The position numbers were made by a program, and so were the translations under genes. Positions 9,825 to 19,057 of a DNA stretch of 64,000 bases are shown here, one piece after another; position 1 is the stretch's first letter; each line of letters begins with the position of its first letter. Below the pieces are notes generated by a model that saw nothing but the letters and a program-made list of their open reading frames with translations, did no database searches and was not told where the DNA came from. The DNA is from a bacterium (GTDB taxonomy: Bacteria > Eisenbacteria > RBG-16-71-46 > CAIMUX01): the NCBI GenBank assembly GCA_030431975.1, contig JAUIHP010000007.1, positions 66,554-130,553 of the forward strand, in the 5' to 3' direction.

Positions 9825-10359
9825 GATTTCCTCCGCATCGTGAGCGTCCAAGAACTGCGTTCAGAGCGGGAGGAGGGCAACGGCCGTGCCCACGTTACGA
9901 ATCAACCTTCCAGCTCCCGGCGGAGAGGCGGTGGAATTCACTGCGGCGGCTTGTCTTGGCGAGCTGCAAAAAACTCGGGCAGGCGCTCGATCGTGGCTCG
10001 GTCCCAAAGGAGATGGAGAGGGAGTGTGCCGCGGTGGCTCACCTGCCGTGCCGCTGGAGCGACAATGGCTCCTCGGCTACGACTGGTTTGTCTTCGCTGA
10101 GGCGGGGGTTGAAGAAGACGTGCTGCGGATCGCAGGGAGTCCTTCTAGCGAAGATCTTGTAAGGGTTGTGGTAGCAACAGTATAGGGCGTCGCTTCGTTT
10201 GGGGGAGCGGGCGGGCGACGGTCGTGTGCTCGTAGAAGCGGATCGCCCATCTGGTTGGAACAGCAGTTGCCTCGAAGGAAATGACGGTTACTCTTCCGTC
10301 CGACGAGGTGACGATCTGGTGTCTTCGTCACGGGAGATGGACGGATCTCAGCGCGAGGG

Positions 10360-11895
10360 GTGCTTCTGCCACGTCCCGAATCAAAAGTCGGTCGCTCTTT
10401 GCCAGGACCCTCTACGACCTGGGGGAGACGGAACTCGTTCCCTACTCGACGGTCGACCGCCGTGCCGGGGTTCCCGGATCGATCCCGTAAGCGTGTCGGT
10501 CATCTGCTCTTCGTGGCCGCACTTTCGTTGGTAGTGCTCATCGCCGGCCCCGGTCTGCCGTTGGGTCTGCCGGACGACGTTTCCTACGAGCTTCCTTCAT
10601 TCCTTCGCGTGATCTCTGACGCCCAAGCGCAGCCGTTGCTTTCCCCGATGACCGGGCGGCGCGACGTATTTCTCCTCGAAAAGATTCAGGTGCGGCCGGA
10701 CAACTGCGAGATGGAAAACCTGGTGGCAAAGGCACTCGGCCTTCGTCCAGGCGAGTACGTGGGGCTTTCGGTTCTCACCGAATCGAAGGCGCGGCTCGAG
10801 GCGTCGGGCGTCTTCAAAGACGTGCAGGTTCACACCGAGCGGGGTACCGAGCCGGGTTCGATCATCCTGGTCGTCGAGGCCACGGTCGGACCGCGCTTTC
10901 AAGTGGAGTCGGGGATCGGACACGAGGACCTGAGCGGTTGGTACCTCAACCTGATTGGATTCCGGTGGACAAGTCCTTTCCGCCAGGGCGGCACCCTTCG
11001 ACTGGGACTTCACGAAGGGCTCGAAACCTCGGGATTCATTCTGAACATGGAGCTGCCGAGCGTCATCGGCGATCAGTACTCCGCTCTGTTCGACCTCGCG
11101 TTGACCAATCGCACGTGGTTCTTCCACGACGACTTTCAGCAGTACTCCCAAGAGGTGCGAGGAGCCCGGGCCCGTTTCGGAATCGGTCGGAGTTTCGGCG
11201 CGTCCACAAACGGTGCGTTCTGGGTCGGCTACGTGGACGCCGAGCCGGACGAAGATGTGGATGGCGAAGACGAAGAGACCTACCCGGCCGAGAACTTCCT
11301 ACCGCGCCCGGAGACCGACCGCTATCTCGATCTGAGAACCGAATGGTTGTTTGAGCAAAAGGATCCACTTCGCGATTGGCAGCGCCGCCGTTGGGCCGGC
11401 TTGAGGTTGCGTCTGGCCGAGGGTTTCGACACCGCGTCGTTCTGGTCGGCGGAGGCGGACGCTCGGCTTTCCGTCCCGACACCCGGAGGAGGCGCCGGCG
11501 CATTTCGTTTGCGCGGCGCGTGGACCGGACCCGGCACCCCTTATCATCAGAGGTTTGCTCTCGGGGGAATCCGGAACCTGCGCGGGTACTCGCGGGCGCG
11601 GCTTTCTGGTCCCTTGGGAGCGCAGGCCTATTGGTTGGGATCGGCGGAGTATCGACATCCTTTGCTTGGCAAGGACGATCCCCGACCGCGGGTTCTCGGA
11701 ACGTTGTTCGTCGATGTCGGTGATCACTGGGATCCCGACCGCAATCGAGGTGGAGTGGCTGCGGGCGGGGGTTACGGACTCCAGATCCACATTCCGTGGG
11801 TCCAGGTGCTGACCGCAGAAGTCAGTTACCCGATCACGAACGATCGAACCTCTCAGCCGGTCGCCCTCTATGTTTCGCTGGGGCGGTCCTTCTGA
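10360..11895 (+). CDS. Omp85/BamA-family outer-membrane protein with a single POTRA domain
   Basis: A POTRA-like segment ('ENLVAKALGLRPGEYVGLSVLTESKARLEASGVFKDVQVHTE...ILVVEATVGPRF') is followed by a bacterial surface-antigen beta-barrel. The true start is uncertain, somewhere between 10360 and about 10520. Confidence 0.65.
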   Translation: MLLPRPESKVGRSLPGPSTTWGRRNSFPTRRSTAVPGFPDRSRKRVGHLLFVAALSLVVLIAGPGLPLGLPDDVSYELPSFLRVISDAQAQPLLSPMTGRRDVFLLEKIQVRPDNCEMENLVAKALGLRPGEYVGLSVLTESKARLEASGVFKDVQVHTERGTEPGSIILVVEATVGPRFQVESGIGHEDLSGWYLNLIGFRWTSPFRQGGTLRLGLHEGLETSGFILNMELPSVIGDQYSALFDLALTNRTWFFHDDFQQYSQEVRGARARFGIGRSFGASTNGAFWVGYVDAEPDEDVDGEDEETYPAENFLPRPETDRYLDLRTEWLFEQKDPLRDWQRRRWAGLRLRLAEGFDTASFWSAEADARLSVPTPGGGAGAFRLRGAWTGPGTPYHQRFALGGIRNLRGYSRARLSGPLGAQAYWLGSAEYRHPLLGKDDPRPRVLGTLFVDVGDHWDPDRNRGGVAAGGGYGLQIHIPWVQVLTAEVSYPITNDRTSQPVALYVSLGRSF

Positions 11896-12572
11896 TGTCG
11901 GAATCGCGACGACAGCACAGTTGGATCGTGATGATGGTCGAGAAGCCGGTCTTCGTACTCGGTTTCGTTTTCTTCGTCGTGGTTGCCACCTCGCTCGTCC
12001 ACGCAGAAGAAGATCGCGAACTGGAGCTCGACGTCTTCCGCCGCGAAGACGGTGTTTTCCTCGATCTGCTGGGTCGCAGTCTTCTCGACGAAAAGACCCG
12101 GCTCACCGTCGAAAGCGGACTGCCCGGAACCTGCCTCTTTTGGGTTCGCTTCGAGGAAGCGCCCAACGGCCTCATTCGTGAAGAGATCATCGAGCACACC
12201 CTGCGCTTCGATCTTTGGGAGGGCCTTTACGAAGTGAGTCGTCCCGGCGGATCGCGCTTCTTCGAAAGTCTTGCTGCCGCAGATTCGGCCTGGGCATCCC
12301 TTCGTTCCTACCCGCTGGCGTCGCCAACGGAAGTGCGGAACGGAGGACGCTACTCGGTGCAGGTCTCCGTCGACGTGCAACCTCTGGCTCCGGAAGACCG
12401 CGAACGGCTGGGTCGCTACGTAACGAGAAACAGCGGGTCGGAGAATGAGGAACTTGTCCTCAACCTGGGTGCGGTCGTCAATCGACTCTTCGGTCGTCCG
12501 GGCAATCCGCGTGAGTCGGTACTTCAGAGCTCGCAAGAGGTCGTCCTGGAAGAATTGGAGGTGAGGCCGTGA
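11895..12572 (+). CDS. DUF4390 domain protein
   Basis: A signal/TM segment precedes 'LELDVFRREDGVFLDL...LFWVRFEEAPNGLIREEIIEHTLRFDLWEGLYEV', which is recalled as DUF4390. That family characteristically sits beside NtrY/NtrX-type two-component genes. The start overlaps the upstream stop (TGATG). Confidence 0.6.
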   Translation: MSESRRQHSWIVMMVEKPVFVLGFVFFVVVATSLVHAEEDRELELDVFRREDGVFLDLLGRSLLDEKTRLTVESGLPGTCLFWVRFEEAPNGLIREEIIEHTLRFDLWEGLYEVSRPGGSRFFESLAAADSAWASLRSYPLASPTEVRNGGRYSVQVSVDVQPLAPEDRERLGRYVTRNSGSENEELVLNLGAVVNRLFGRPGNPRESVLQSSQEVVLEELEVRP

Positions 12573-14077
12573 CTCTGCGCAAGCGCCTCGCTCTACTCAT
12601 GGTCTTGTTGGTTCTGCTGCCCGCCATTCCGGCGATGTGGGTGACGCGGCAGCTCGTCGACCAAAGTCTGAACGTCGGTTTGAGTTCGGAAGTCGATCAG
12701 GCCCTGGAATCTGGTGTCGAGCGGGCTCGGGCCGAGTTCCAGTTGCAGCGGGAGATTTTCCGTGACGAGGTGGACGAGTGGTTGGAAGCACCGGAACGAC
12801 AGTCGCTTTCCGGCGCCGAGTTGGTCGCGACGGCTGGAACGCCTTCGTTTCCTGGAGTTGGCGCCAAGTGGACGGACTCGAATGGAGAGACAACGTGGAG
12901 CTCGGCGGACACGGAGTCTCTGATCGAGTCTCCAAGTGCGGAGCGCAGGCAGAAGAACCTCGATGAAGACTCGGTGTCCGGCGGGCAAGAGACGCCGAGC
13001 CACTTTTCCGCCCGACACTCTTTGAGCGATGGGTCGGTCTTCACCGCGTATCAGTTGGTTTCTCCCGAGTGGCGGGAGGATGCGGCCAATCTCGCGTCGA
13101 CTCTCCAGATGGTGCGAGGTCTTCAGGCCCGTCGGAGTGATCTCGAGCAGGGCTTCCTGCTTCCCTTCCTCGGCATCTACGGCGTTGCTCTGCTCCTGGC
13201 GCTGGCCGGAGCGGTTTGGTTGGGTCGTGGAATCACGGAGCCGACTTCCCGACTGTCCCGCGCGTTGCGCTCGGTGTCGCTCGGCAACTGGACCGAGCGT
13301 GTTCCTGTTCGCGGTCGCGATGAGTTCGCGCAACTCAGTCTTGGATTCAATCGCATGCTCGAAACCCTGGACGCGCAGTCACGGCAGCTGTTGGACCTCG
13401 AGAAGATGGCGAGTTGGCGTGAGATGGCCCGTGCGTTGGCGCATGAAGTGAAGAATCCGCTGACGCCGATCCAGCTCACGGTAGAGGAAATGAGCGGCCG
13501 CTACGACGGGGACGATCCGGAGTACAAGAAGCTGCTCTCCGACTGCTCGCGCATCGTGGTCAAGGAAGTGCAGAGTTTGCGGAACATCGTAACCAAGTTT
13601 CGCGAGTTCTCACGGCCGGTAGAGCCGAGCTTCGAAGAGTTCGATCTCAATGAGCTGATTGCAGAAGTCGGAAACCTGCAACGGGATCTTCAGGTCGAGC
13701 TGGACCTCGCTCCCGAAGTGGGACGAATCGAAGCGGATCCCGACCGGATTCGACAGGTCTTGATGAACCTTTGCCGTAACGCACAGGAAGCGACCCGCCA
13801 AACGGAGAGGCCGACGTTGCGTCTGGCTTCCCGTCGGAGCGACAACCGTATCCGGATTGTCGTCGAGGACAACGGTCCGGGGATTGCTCCCTCCGAAAGG
13901 GCTGCCGTCTTCGAGCCCTACCGGACAGGACGAGCGGAAGGACTGGGCCTCGGGCTGACGCTGGTCAAGGGCATCGTCATCGCGCACAACGGTTCCATCG
14001 AAGTCGACGAGGCCGAGGGTGGGGGAGCGGCATTCCGCATCGAACTGCCGACGCATCGGACGAGGAGTGAGTCATGA
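12569..14077 (+). CDS. sensor histidine kinase with periplasmic sensing domain (NtrY-like HAMP-HisKA-HATPase_c)
   Basis: TM1, a periplasmic domain of about 180 aa, TM2 and a HAMP domain. The H-box is 'HEVKNPLTPIQL', the G1 box 'VEDNGPGI' and the G2 box 'GLGLGLTLVKGIV'. Confidence 0.85.
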   Translation: MTLRKRLALLMVLLVLLPAIPAMWVTRQLVDQSLNVGLSSEVDQALESGVERARAEFQLQREIFRDEVDEWLEAPERQSLSGAELVATAGTPSFPGVGAKWTDSNGETTWSSADTESLIESPSAERRQKNLDEDSVSGGQETPSHFSARHSLSDGSVFTAYQLVSPEWREDAANLASTLQMVRGLQARRSDLEQGFLLPFLGIYGVALLLALAGAVWLGRGITEPTSRLSRALRSVSLGNWTERVPVRGRDEFAQLSLGFNRMLETLDAQSRQLLDLEKMASWREMARALAHEVKNPLTPIQLTVEEMSGRYDGDDPEYKKLLSDCSRIVVKEVQSLRNIVTKFREFSRPVEPSFEEFDLNELIAEVGNLQRDLQVELDLAPEVGRIEADPDRIRQVLMNLCRNAQEATRQTERPTLRLASRRSDNRIRIVVEDNGPGIAPSERAAVFEPYRTGRAEGLGLGLTLVKGIVIAHNGSIEVDEAEGGGAAFRIELPTHRTRSES

Positions 14078-15438
14078 GTGATCCCGGACACGTGTTGGTT
14101 GTCGACGACGAAGAGAGCATCCGCGAGAGCCTGGGGATGATTCTGGGTGGAGCCGGACATCGGGTCACCGCGGTTGGATCGGGAGAGGAAGGGCTGACGG
14201 CAGCCGCCGCCGATCGTCCCGACCTCGTATTCCTCGATCTGCAGTTGCCCGGAATCGATGGGCTCGAGACGCTGCGCAAGCTTCGCGAGAACGACAGCAC
14301 TCTGCGAATCGTCATGATCAGCGGTCATGCGACCATCGAAAGAGCGGTCGAAGCGACTCGGCTCGGCGCGTTCGACTTTCTCGAGAAGCCTTTTGGTCGC
14401 GACAAGGTGCTGGTCCTCGCGCGCAACGCGATGGAAGCCGCTGGGCTGGAGAAGGAAGTCGCACGCCTTCAGGCGGGAGAGGCCGGGGAGATTCTCGGCA
14501 AGAGCTCTACTCTCGACCAACTGCGTTCCGAGATCGAAAGCGTGGCTGGGACGGACGCGCGCGTGCTCATTCTCGGTGAGAGTGGAACGGGAAAGGAGCT
14601 GGTCGCCGCGGCGCTCCATTCCAACAGCACTCGCGCGAAAGGGCCGTTCATTCGGGTGAACTGCGCGGCCATTCCTGAGGACCTGATTGAAGCCGAACTC
14701 TTCGGGTCGGCCAAAGGAGCATTCACCGGCGCGGTCAAGGATCGTCGCGGACGGTTTGGTGCCGCCGACAAGGGGACGCTGTTCCTCGACGAGATCGGGG
14801 ACATGAGTTTGCAGGCGCAGGCCAAGGTCTTGCGCGTTCTTCAGGAAGGACAGTACGAACCCGTCGGTTCGACGGAAACCATCAGCGTCGACGTCCGCGT
14901 CATTGCCGCGACGCATCGCGATCTGGCCGAGTCCGTCGCCGCCGGAACGTTTCGTGAGGACCTTCTCTTCCGGCTCAACGTCATTCCCATCCAGGTGCCG
15001 GCGTTGCGTGAGCGGCGTGGAGACCCGCGCATCCTCGGGGAGCACTTCATCGACGCCTATGCCCGGAAGTACGAGAAGGCGCCACCACACTTGACGGAAG
15101 AAGCGTGGGCCGCGTTGGAAGGCTATGCGTGGCCCGGGAACGTGCGCGAGCTCAAGAATCTGATGGAGCGCTGGGTCATTCTGAAGAGCGGAAAGGACCT
15201 CGGTCCCCGTGACCTCGGAATCGACTTGTCGCCGGGAACGGCCGGGGATGGCGGTGACCTGGCGCGTGCGTACTCGAAGATGACTTTGAAGGATGCGCGC
15301 GAAGCCATCGAGCGGGACCTGATTCGTGCCGCTCTCGAAGAGAACGAAGGGAACGTGACCAAGGCTGCGGATCAGCTCGGAATCGAACGGACGCATTTGC
15401 ACAAGCGGATCCGGGCCCTGGGAGTGAAGGAGTCATGA
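14074..15438 (+). CDS. sigma-54-dependent two-component response regulator (NtrC/NtrX family)
   Basis: Receiver domain 'VLVVDDEESIRESL', sigma54 AAA+ core 'GESGTGKE', the GAFTGA contact motif 'KGAFTGAV', and a C-terminal Fis-type HTH 'VTKAADQLGIERTHLHKRI'. An ATGA overlap joins it to the kinase. Confidence 0.9.
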   Translation: MSDPGHVLVVDDEESIRESLGMILGGAGHRVTAVGSGEEGLTAAAADRPDLVFLDLQLPGIDGLETLRKLRENDSTLRIVMISGHATIERAVEATRLGAFDFLEKPFGRDKVLVLARNAMEAAGLEKEVARLQAGEAGEILGKSSTLDQLRSEIESVAGTDARVLILGESGTGKELVAAALHSNSTRAKGPFIRVNCAAIPEDLIEAELFGSAKGAFTGAVKDRRGRFGAADKGTLFLDEIGDMSLQAQAKVLRVLQEGQYEPVGSTETISVDVRVIAATHRDLAESVAAGTFREDLLFRLNVIPIQVPALRERRGDPRILGEHFIDAYARKYEKAPPHLTEEAWAALEGYAWPGNVRELKNLMERWVILKSGKDLGPRDLGIDLSPGTAGDGGDLARAYSKMTLKDAREAIERDLIRAALEENEGNVTKAADQLGIERTHLHKRIRALGVKES

Positions 15439-16130
15439 TGAAGATGAATCTCCGACTTCCACTGCTGGCGTGTTGTTTCTCCATGAACTTAGTTGTCCCG
15501 TCAGTCTCTCTCGCGGACGACGTCGACTTCGGACGAGACGCAGCGTTTTCCGCCGAGCCGAAGTCAGAAACGGCGCGGGAGTTTCACCGTCACCTCTACC
15601 TCGAGATCGGAACCAAGTACGTCGAGTTCGACATCGACTTCGACGACCGGATGACCGAGTTCTCCCCTGGATTCAGCTTCGAAGAGGAAGGCCGAGGTCT
15701 ACAGATTGCTCTCGGTTACGCTCCGGATCCGGACTTTTGTTTCCAGGTCGACTTCAGCGCCGGTGAGGTCGAGACGGTCCCGAGTGATGCGACCGGAGCG
15801 TTCGCCATGGCGGGATTGGGGGTTCAGGTGCCGCTGGTGAGGTGGAGCGTGACCGAACTCGCTCTCTTTGCCGGCTTCGGAGGCAACGTTCTCTTCTTCG
15901 ACCACGACACGTTCCAAAGTCGGGTGTACCTGGGTGGATACGGCGAGACCGGCCTGTCGCTTCGGCTGCATCTTTCCAGAAGGGTCGCGTTGCAGGCCCG
16001 GGCGACGCACGCGGTGAACTCGATTGCTCGAGAGGTTCTCAGCACGGACGGACAGGATGACGACCTGCGTGTGGTTGGTGGGTCGGCGTGGTATCGGATC
16101 TTCGGGACAGGGCTCGTCTTCACGTTCTGA
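15435..16130 (+). CDS. small outer-membrane beta-barrel protein (OmpA-like barrel/porin family)
   Basis: A signal peptide followed by alternating beta-strand-like segments, ending in an aromatic C-terminal residue ('GLVFTF'). An ATGA overlap couples it to the regulator gene. Confidence 0.55.
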   Translation: MMKMNLRLPLLACCFSMNLVVPSVSLADDVDFGRDAAFSAEPKSETAREFHRHLYLEIGTKYVEFDIDFDDRMTEFSPGFSFEEEGRGLQIALGYAPDPDFCFQVDFSAGEVETVPSDATGAFAMAGLGVQVPLVRWSVTELALFAGFGGNVLFFDHDTFQSRVYLGGYGETGLSLRLHLSRRVALQARATHAVNSIAREVLSTDGQDDDLRVVGGSAWYRIFGTGLVFTF

Positions 16131-16191
16131 TCCGAGTTTCTATCATGCCCCGCCGCCCTTCGCGTTTCTGGCGCGGGTGGGCTCGGATCGC

Positions 16192-17286
16192 CTACCGCAC
16201 CCGCTTCCGCCGATTCTGCATGAAGTCGACCAGCAGGTAGCTCCCTAACCGATCCGCCGACGTGAAGTAGGCTCGCCCCTTGTTCCGCTCCGTCAGCTGC
16301 TCTACGAAACGTTGCAGGTATGGATCCTCTGCAACCATGAAAGTCGTGATCGGGATTCGGCGTCGACGGCACATCACCGCTTCATCCAACGTCCGGTTGA
16401 CGATCACGGGATCGAGTCCGCCGACGTTGCGGTAGAGCTTGCCGTCTCCGAGACGGATGACAGTGGGCTTTCCATCCGTGACGAGAAAGATCTGCTTGTT
16501 GGCCTGGTGCCGTCGCTCGAGGATGCGCCGCGCGAAGCGGAGGCCTTCCTGCGTGTTCGTATGAAATGGACCGGCACCGATGTAAGGAAGGTCTTTGACC
16601 TCGACTCGCATGGCTTCGTCTCCGAAAAGAACGACGTCGAGCGAATCCTTCTGGAAGCGCGTCAGGATCAGCTCGGAAAGTGCCATCGCGACCTGCTTGG
16701 CCGGTGTGATGCGGTCTTCTCCATAGAGAATCATCGAATGGGAGACGTCGATGAGGATGACCGTGGCGCAGGACGTGTGATGGTCGGTTTCGGCCACGGT
16801 CAGGTCCTGTTCCAGGAGGTTGAACTCATCCATGCCGGTACGGCGGAGTGAGTTCATGATCGACTCCGGAAAGTCGATGTTGCGGAGCTCGTCTCCGAAT
16901 TCATAGGGACGGCGTTCCGGATGCTGCTCCGTACCGCCTGTGCCCTCGTGCGGAGTGGGGTGGCCGCCGACCGAGCCCATACGCAGCCCGCCGAAGATCT
17001 GTTCCAGGCTGGCCGATCGAAGCGTCTTCTCCGACTTCTTCGTCAAGGCCAGACCTTTGGGCGTCCGTTGGATGAACTCTTCATTCTCGAGCCGTTCGAC
17101 GAACTCGTCCAGGTCCCAGTCGTCCGGGATGTAACCCTGCTGCTGCATCGAACGGAGAAAGTCGATGGCGCGCTCGACATCTCCGTTCGTGCGTAGAACC
17201 AGAGCCTGAAACAGGTCGAGGAGATTCTTGAACTCCTGCAGAGCAGCGAGCAGATTCTCGTCGAACTTCTCGAAACGGTAGCGCAC
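16192..17286 (-). CDS. von Willebrand factor A (VWA) domain protein, partner of the upstream AAA+ ATPase
   Basis: The MIDAS-like block 'VILIDVSHSM' and the VWA fold 'IFLVTDGKPT' are present. The start is a GTG that overlaps the upstream TAG by 1 nt. Confidence 0.7.
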   Translation of the reverse strand: MRYRFEKFDENLLAALQEFKNLLDLFQALVLRTNGDVERAIDFLRSMQQQGYIPDDWDLDEFVERLENEEFIQRTPKGLALTKKSEKTLRSASLEQIFGGLRMGSVGGHPTPHEGTGGTEQHPERRPYEFGDELRNIDFPESIMNSLRRTGMDEFNLLEQDLTVAETDHHTSCATVILIDVSHSMILYGEDRITPAKQVAMALSELILTRFQKDSLDVVLFGDEAMRVEVKDLPYIGAGPFHTNTQEGLRFARRILERRHQANKQIFLVTDGKPTVIRLGDGKLYRNVGGLDPVIVNRTLDEAVMCRRRRIPITTFMVAEDPYLQRFVEQLTERNKGRAYFTSADRLGSYLLVDFMQNRRKRVR

Positions 17287-18854
17287 TAGAAGTCTTCCCC
17301 TCCGAACATGTTGGCGAGCATGTCGGCGAAGCGGACCGTCCCGTCGTGGGACTGCTTGGCGATCAGGCTGACCTGGTGGAGACACTCGAGGACCCACTCC
17401 ATGGCCAGGGCCTGAAGGTGCGGGTACTGCTCCGATGGCAGATCGGTCAGGCCTGCGGTCAGTTCATCCTTGCGGGTATCGACCAGCGCAGGCAGACCGG
17501 GTACCTGCGAGAGCACCTTCCAGTACTGCTCATACGCCATGTCGTCAGACAGTTCGACCTTGCCGCCGCCGGAAAAGAAGGAAAGAACTTCGCGGTAGTC
17601 ACTGGGGATCTCCTTGCGGGTCTCCCTCGGTTCCTCGTCGTCCTCCAGTCCGAAGGATGCGCGACGGCTGCGCTCATTCTTGGGTGGGTACACCGGCGGA
17701 AAGACGCGCTGGAACACTTTGAGAAGCGCACGCCCGAGCAGCTTGTTCGCGACGATCTGCGGGCCTTCCTGTTCTCCCTCGTAGACCAACTCGACGCGAC
17801 CGGTGATGGCCGGAACGATAGAGGCCAAGTCGGCGAGGCGGGGGACAGGGGGTTCACCTGCATCGACCAGTCGCCGGCGTTCCACGGAACTGTGGAGCAG
17901 CTCCATGGCACGAATGGGAAGTCGCTGGGAGACGCCCGAAGTCTGATCGACGTAGTCACTCTCGCGAGCGATGAACGCGACCTCTTCCACGATCTCTTCG
18001 ACGAACCTCGGAATGACCAGGTCATCGTCACGCATCGTCCAGGCTTCCTGCCGCGTGATGTGAATGGCGTCTTCGACGTTTCGCGGATAGTGCGTCAGGA
18101 TCTGACTGTCGATGCGGTCTTTGAGCGGAGTGATGATGTTGCCGCGGTTCGTGTAGTCCTCCGGATTCGCCGTGAACGAGAGGAGGATGTCCAACGGAAT
18201 CCGAATGGGGAACCCGCGGATCTGAATGTCCTTTTCCTCGAGAATGTTGAGCAGTCCGACCTGAATACGGGGTTGAAGGTCGGGCAACTCGTTCATGACG
18301 AAGATTCCGCGATTGGATCGCGGGATGATTCCGAAGTGAAGGACTCCTTCGTCCGAAAGGTCGATCTTTTCACGGGCCGCCTTGATCGGATCGATGTCGC
18401 CGATGATGTCCGCGATGGTGACGTCCGGCGTGGCCAGCTTCTCGTGATAGCGGTCGTCGCGATGGACCCACTCGATGGGTGTGTCGTCTCCGGCCTCTTC
18501 GATGATGCGGAGAGCGGCCGGACTGACCGGGGTCAGCGGATCGTCCCGCAGCGAAGTTCCCGCCACCGCCGGCATCCATTTGTCGAGAAGCCCGACGAGC
18601 TGCCGGACGATCCGGGTCTTGGCCTGTCCGCGAAGCCCGAGCAGGATGAAGTTGTGCTGGGAGAGGATGGCGTTTTCCAGCTGGGGCAGGACGGATTCTT
18701 CGTAGCCGACGATGCCGTCCAGCCAGGGGCGTCCCTGTGAGAGTCTTTCGCGCAGATTCTCCCGCAGTTCTTCGCGAACGGTACGAGAGCGCCAGCCGCT
18801 CTCTTTGAGGGCGCCGAGAGTCTGAATTCCGAGAACGTCGTCGTGGTTTGTCAT
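17286..18854 (-). CDS. Mg-chelatase ChlI/BchI-like AAA+ ATPase
   Basis: Walker A-like 'GLRGQAKT'. The sensor/arginine-finger region 'RSNRGIFVMNELPDLQPRIQVGLLNILEEKDIQIRGFPIRIPLDILLSFTANPEDY' aligns with the ChlI/BchI pattern (RANRGILYVDE...EREGISI...NPEEG). The start was chosen at M74 of the track ORF. Confidence 0.7.
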   Translation of the reverse strand: MTNHDDVLGIQTLGALKESGWRSRTVREELRENLRERLSQGRPWLDGIVGYEESVLPQLENAILSQHNFILLGLRGQAKTRIVRQLVGLLDKWMPAVAGTSLRDDPLTPVSPAALRIIEEAGDDTPIEWVHRDDRYHEKLATPDVTIADIIGDIDPIKAAREKIDLSDEGVLHFGIIPRSNRGIFVMNELPDLQPRIQVGLLNILEEKDIQIRGFPIRIPLDILLSFTANPEDYTNRGNIITPLKDRIDSQILTHYPRNVEDAIHITRQEAWTMRDDDLVIPRFVEEIVEEVAFIARESDYVDQTSGVSQRLPIRAMELLHSSVERRRLVDAGEPPVPRLADLASIVPAITGRVELVYEGEQEGPQIVANKLLGRALLKVFQRVFPPVYPPKNERSRRASFGLEDDEEPRETRKEIPSDYREVLSFFSGGGKVELSDDMAYEQYWKVLSQVPGLPALVDTRKDELTAGLTDLPSEQYPHLQALAMEWVLECLHQVSLIAKQSHDGTVRFADMLANMFGGEDF

Positions 18855-19057
18855 GAAAGTTTGGATGCCTCCGATCGGGATCCGTTGCGCCTGGATGCGA
18901 GAAAACGGCGGGCTGCCCACCCGCAACCCCACCTCGAACGGAAGTCTAACGGATCGGGCAGTCCTCGGGGTCGGATGTGCTGGGGTGCGGAGAATGTTAC
19001 TCTTCCTGAGGTGGAAGGTAACACCGTGGGCCAGCCTCCGTTGAAAGCTCTGCCGAC

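Noticed and set aside
13918-15402. 494-aa minus-strand ORF opposite the sigma54 regulator
   Set aside because: The regulator frame carries the GESGTGKE and GAFTGA motifs. The opposite frame is a GC-rich open frame without motifs.
17346-18740. 464-aa plus-strand ORF opposite the ChlI-like ATPase
   Set aside because: It is antisense to a gene with a good ChlI-like alignment, and its translation is low complexity.
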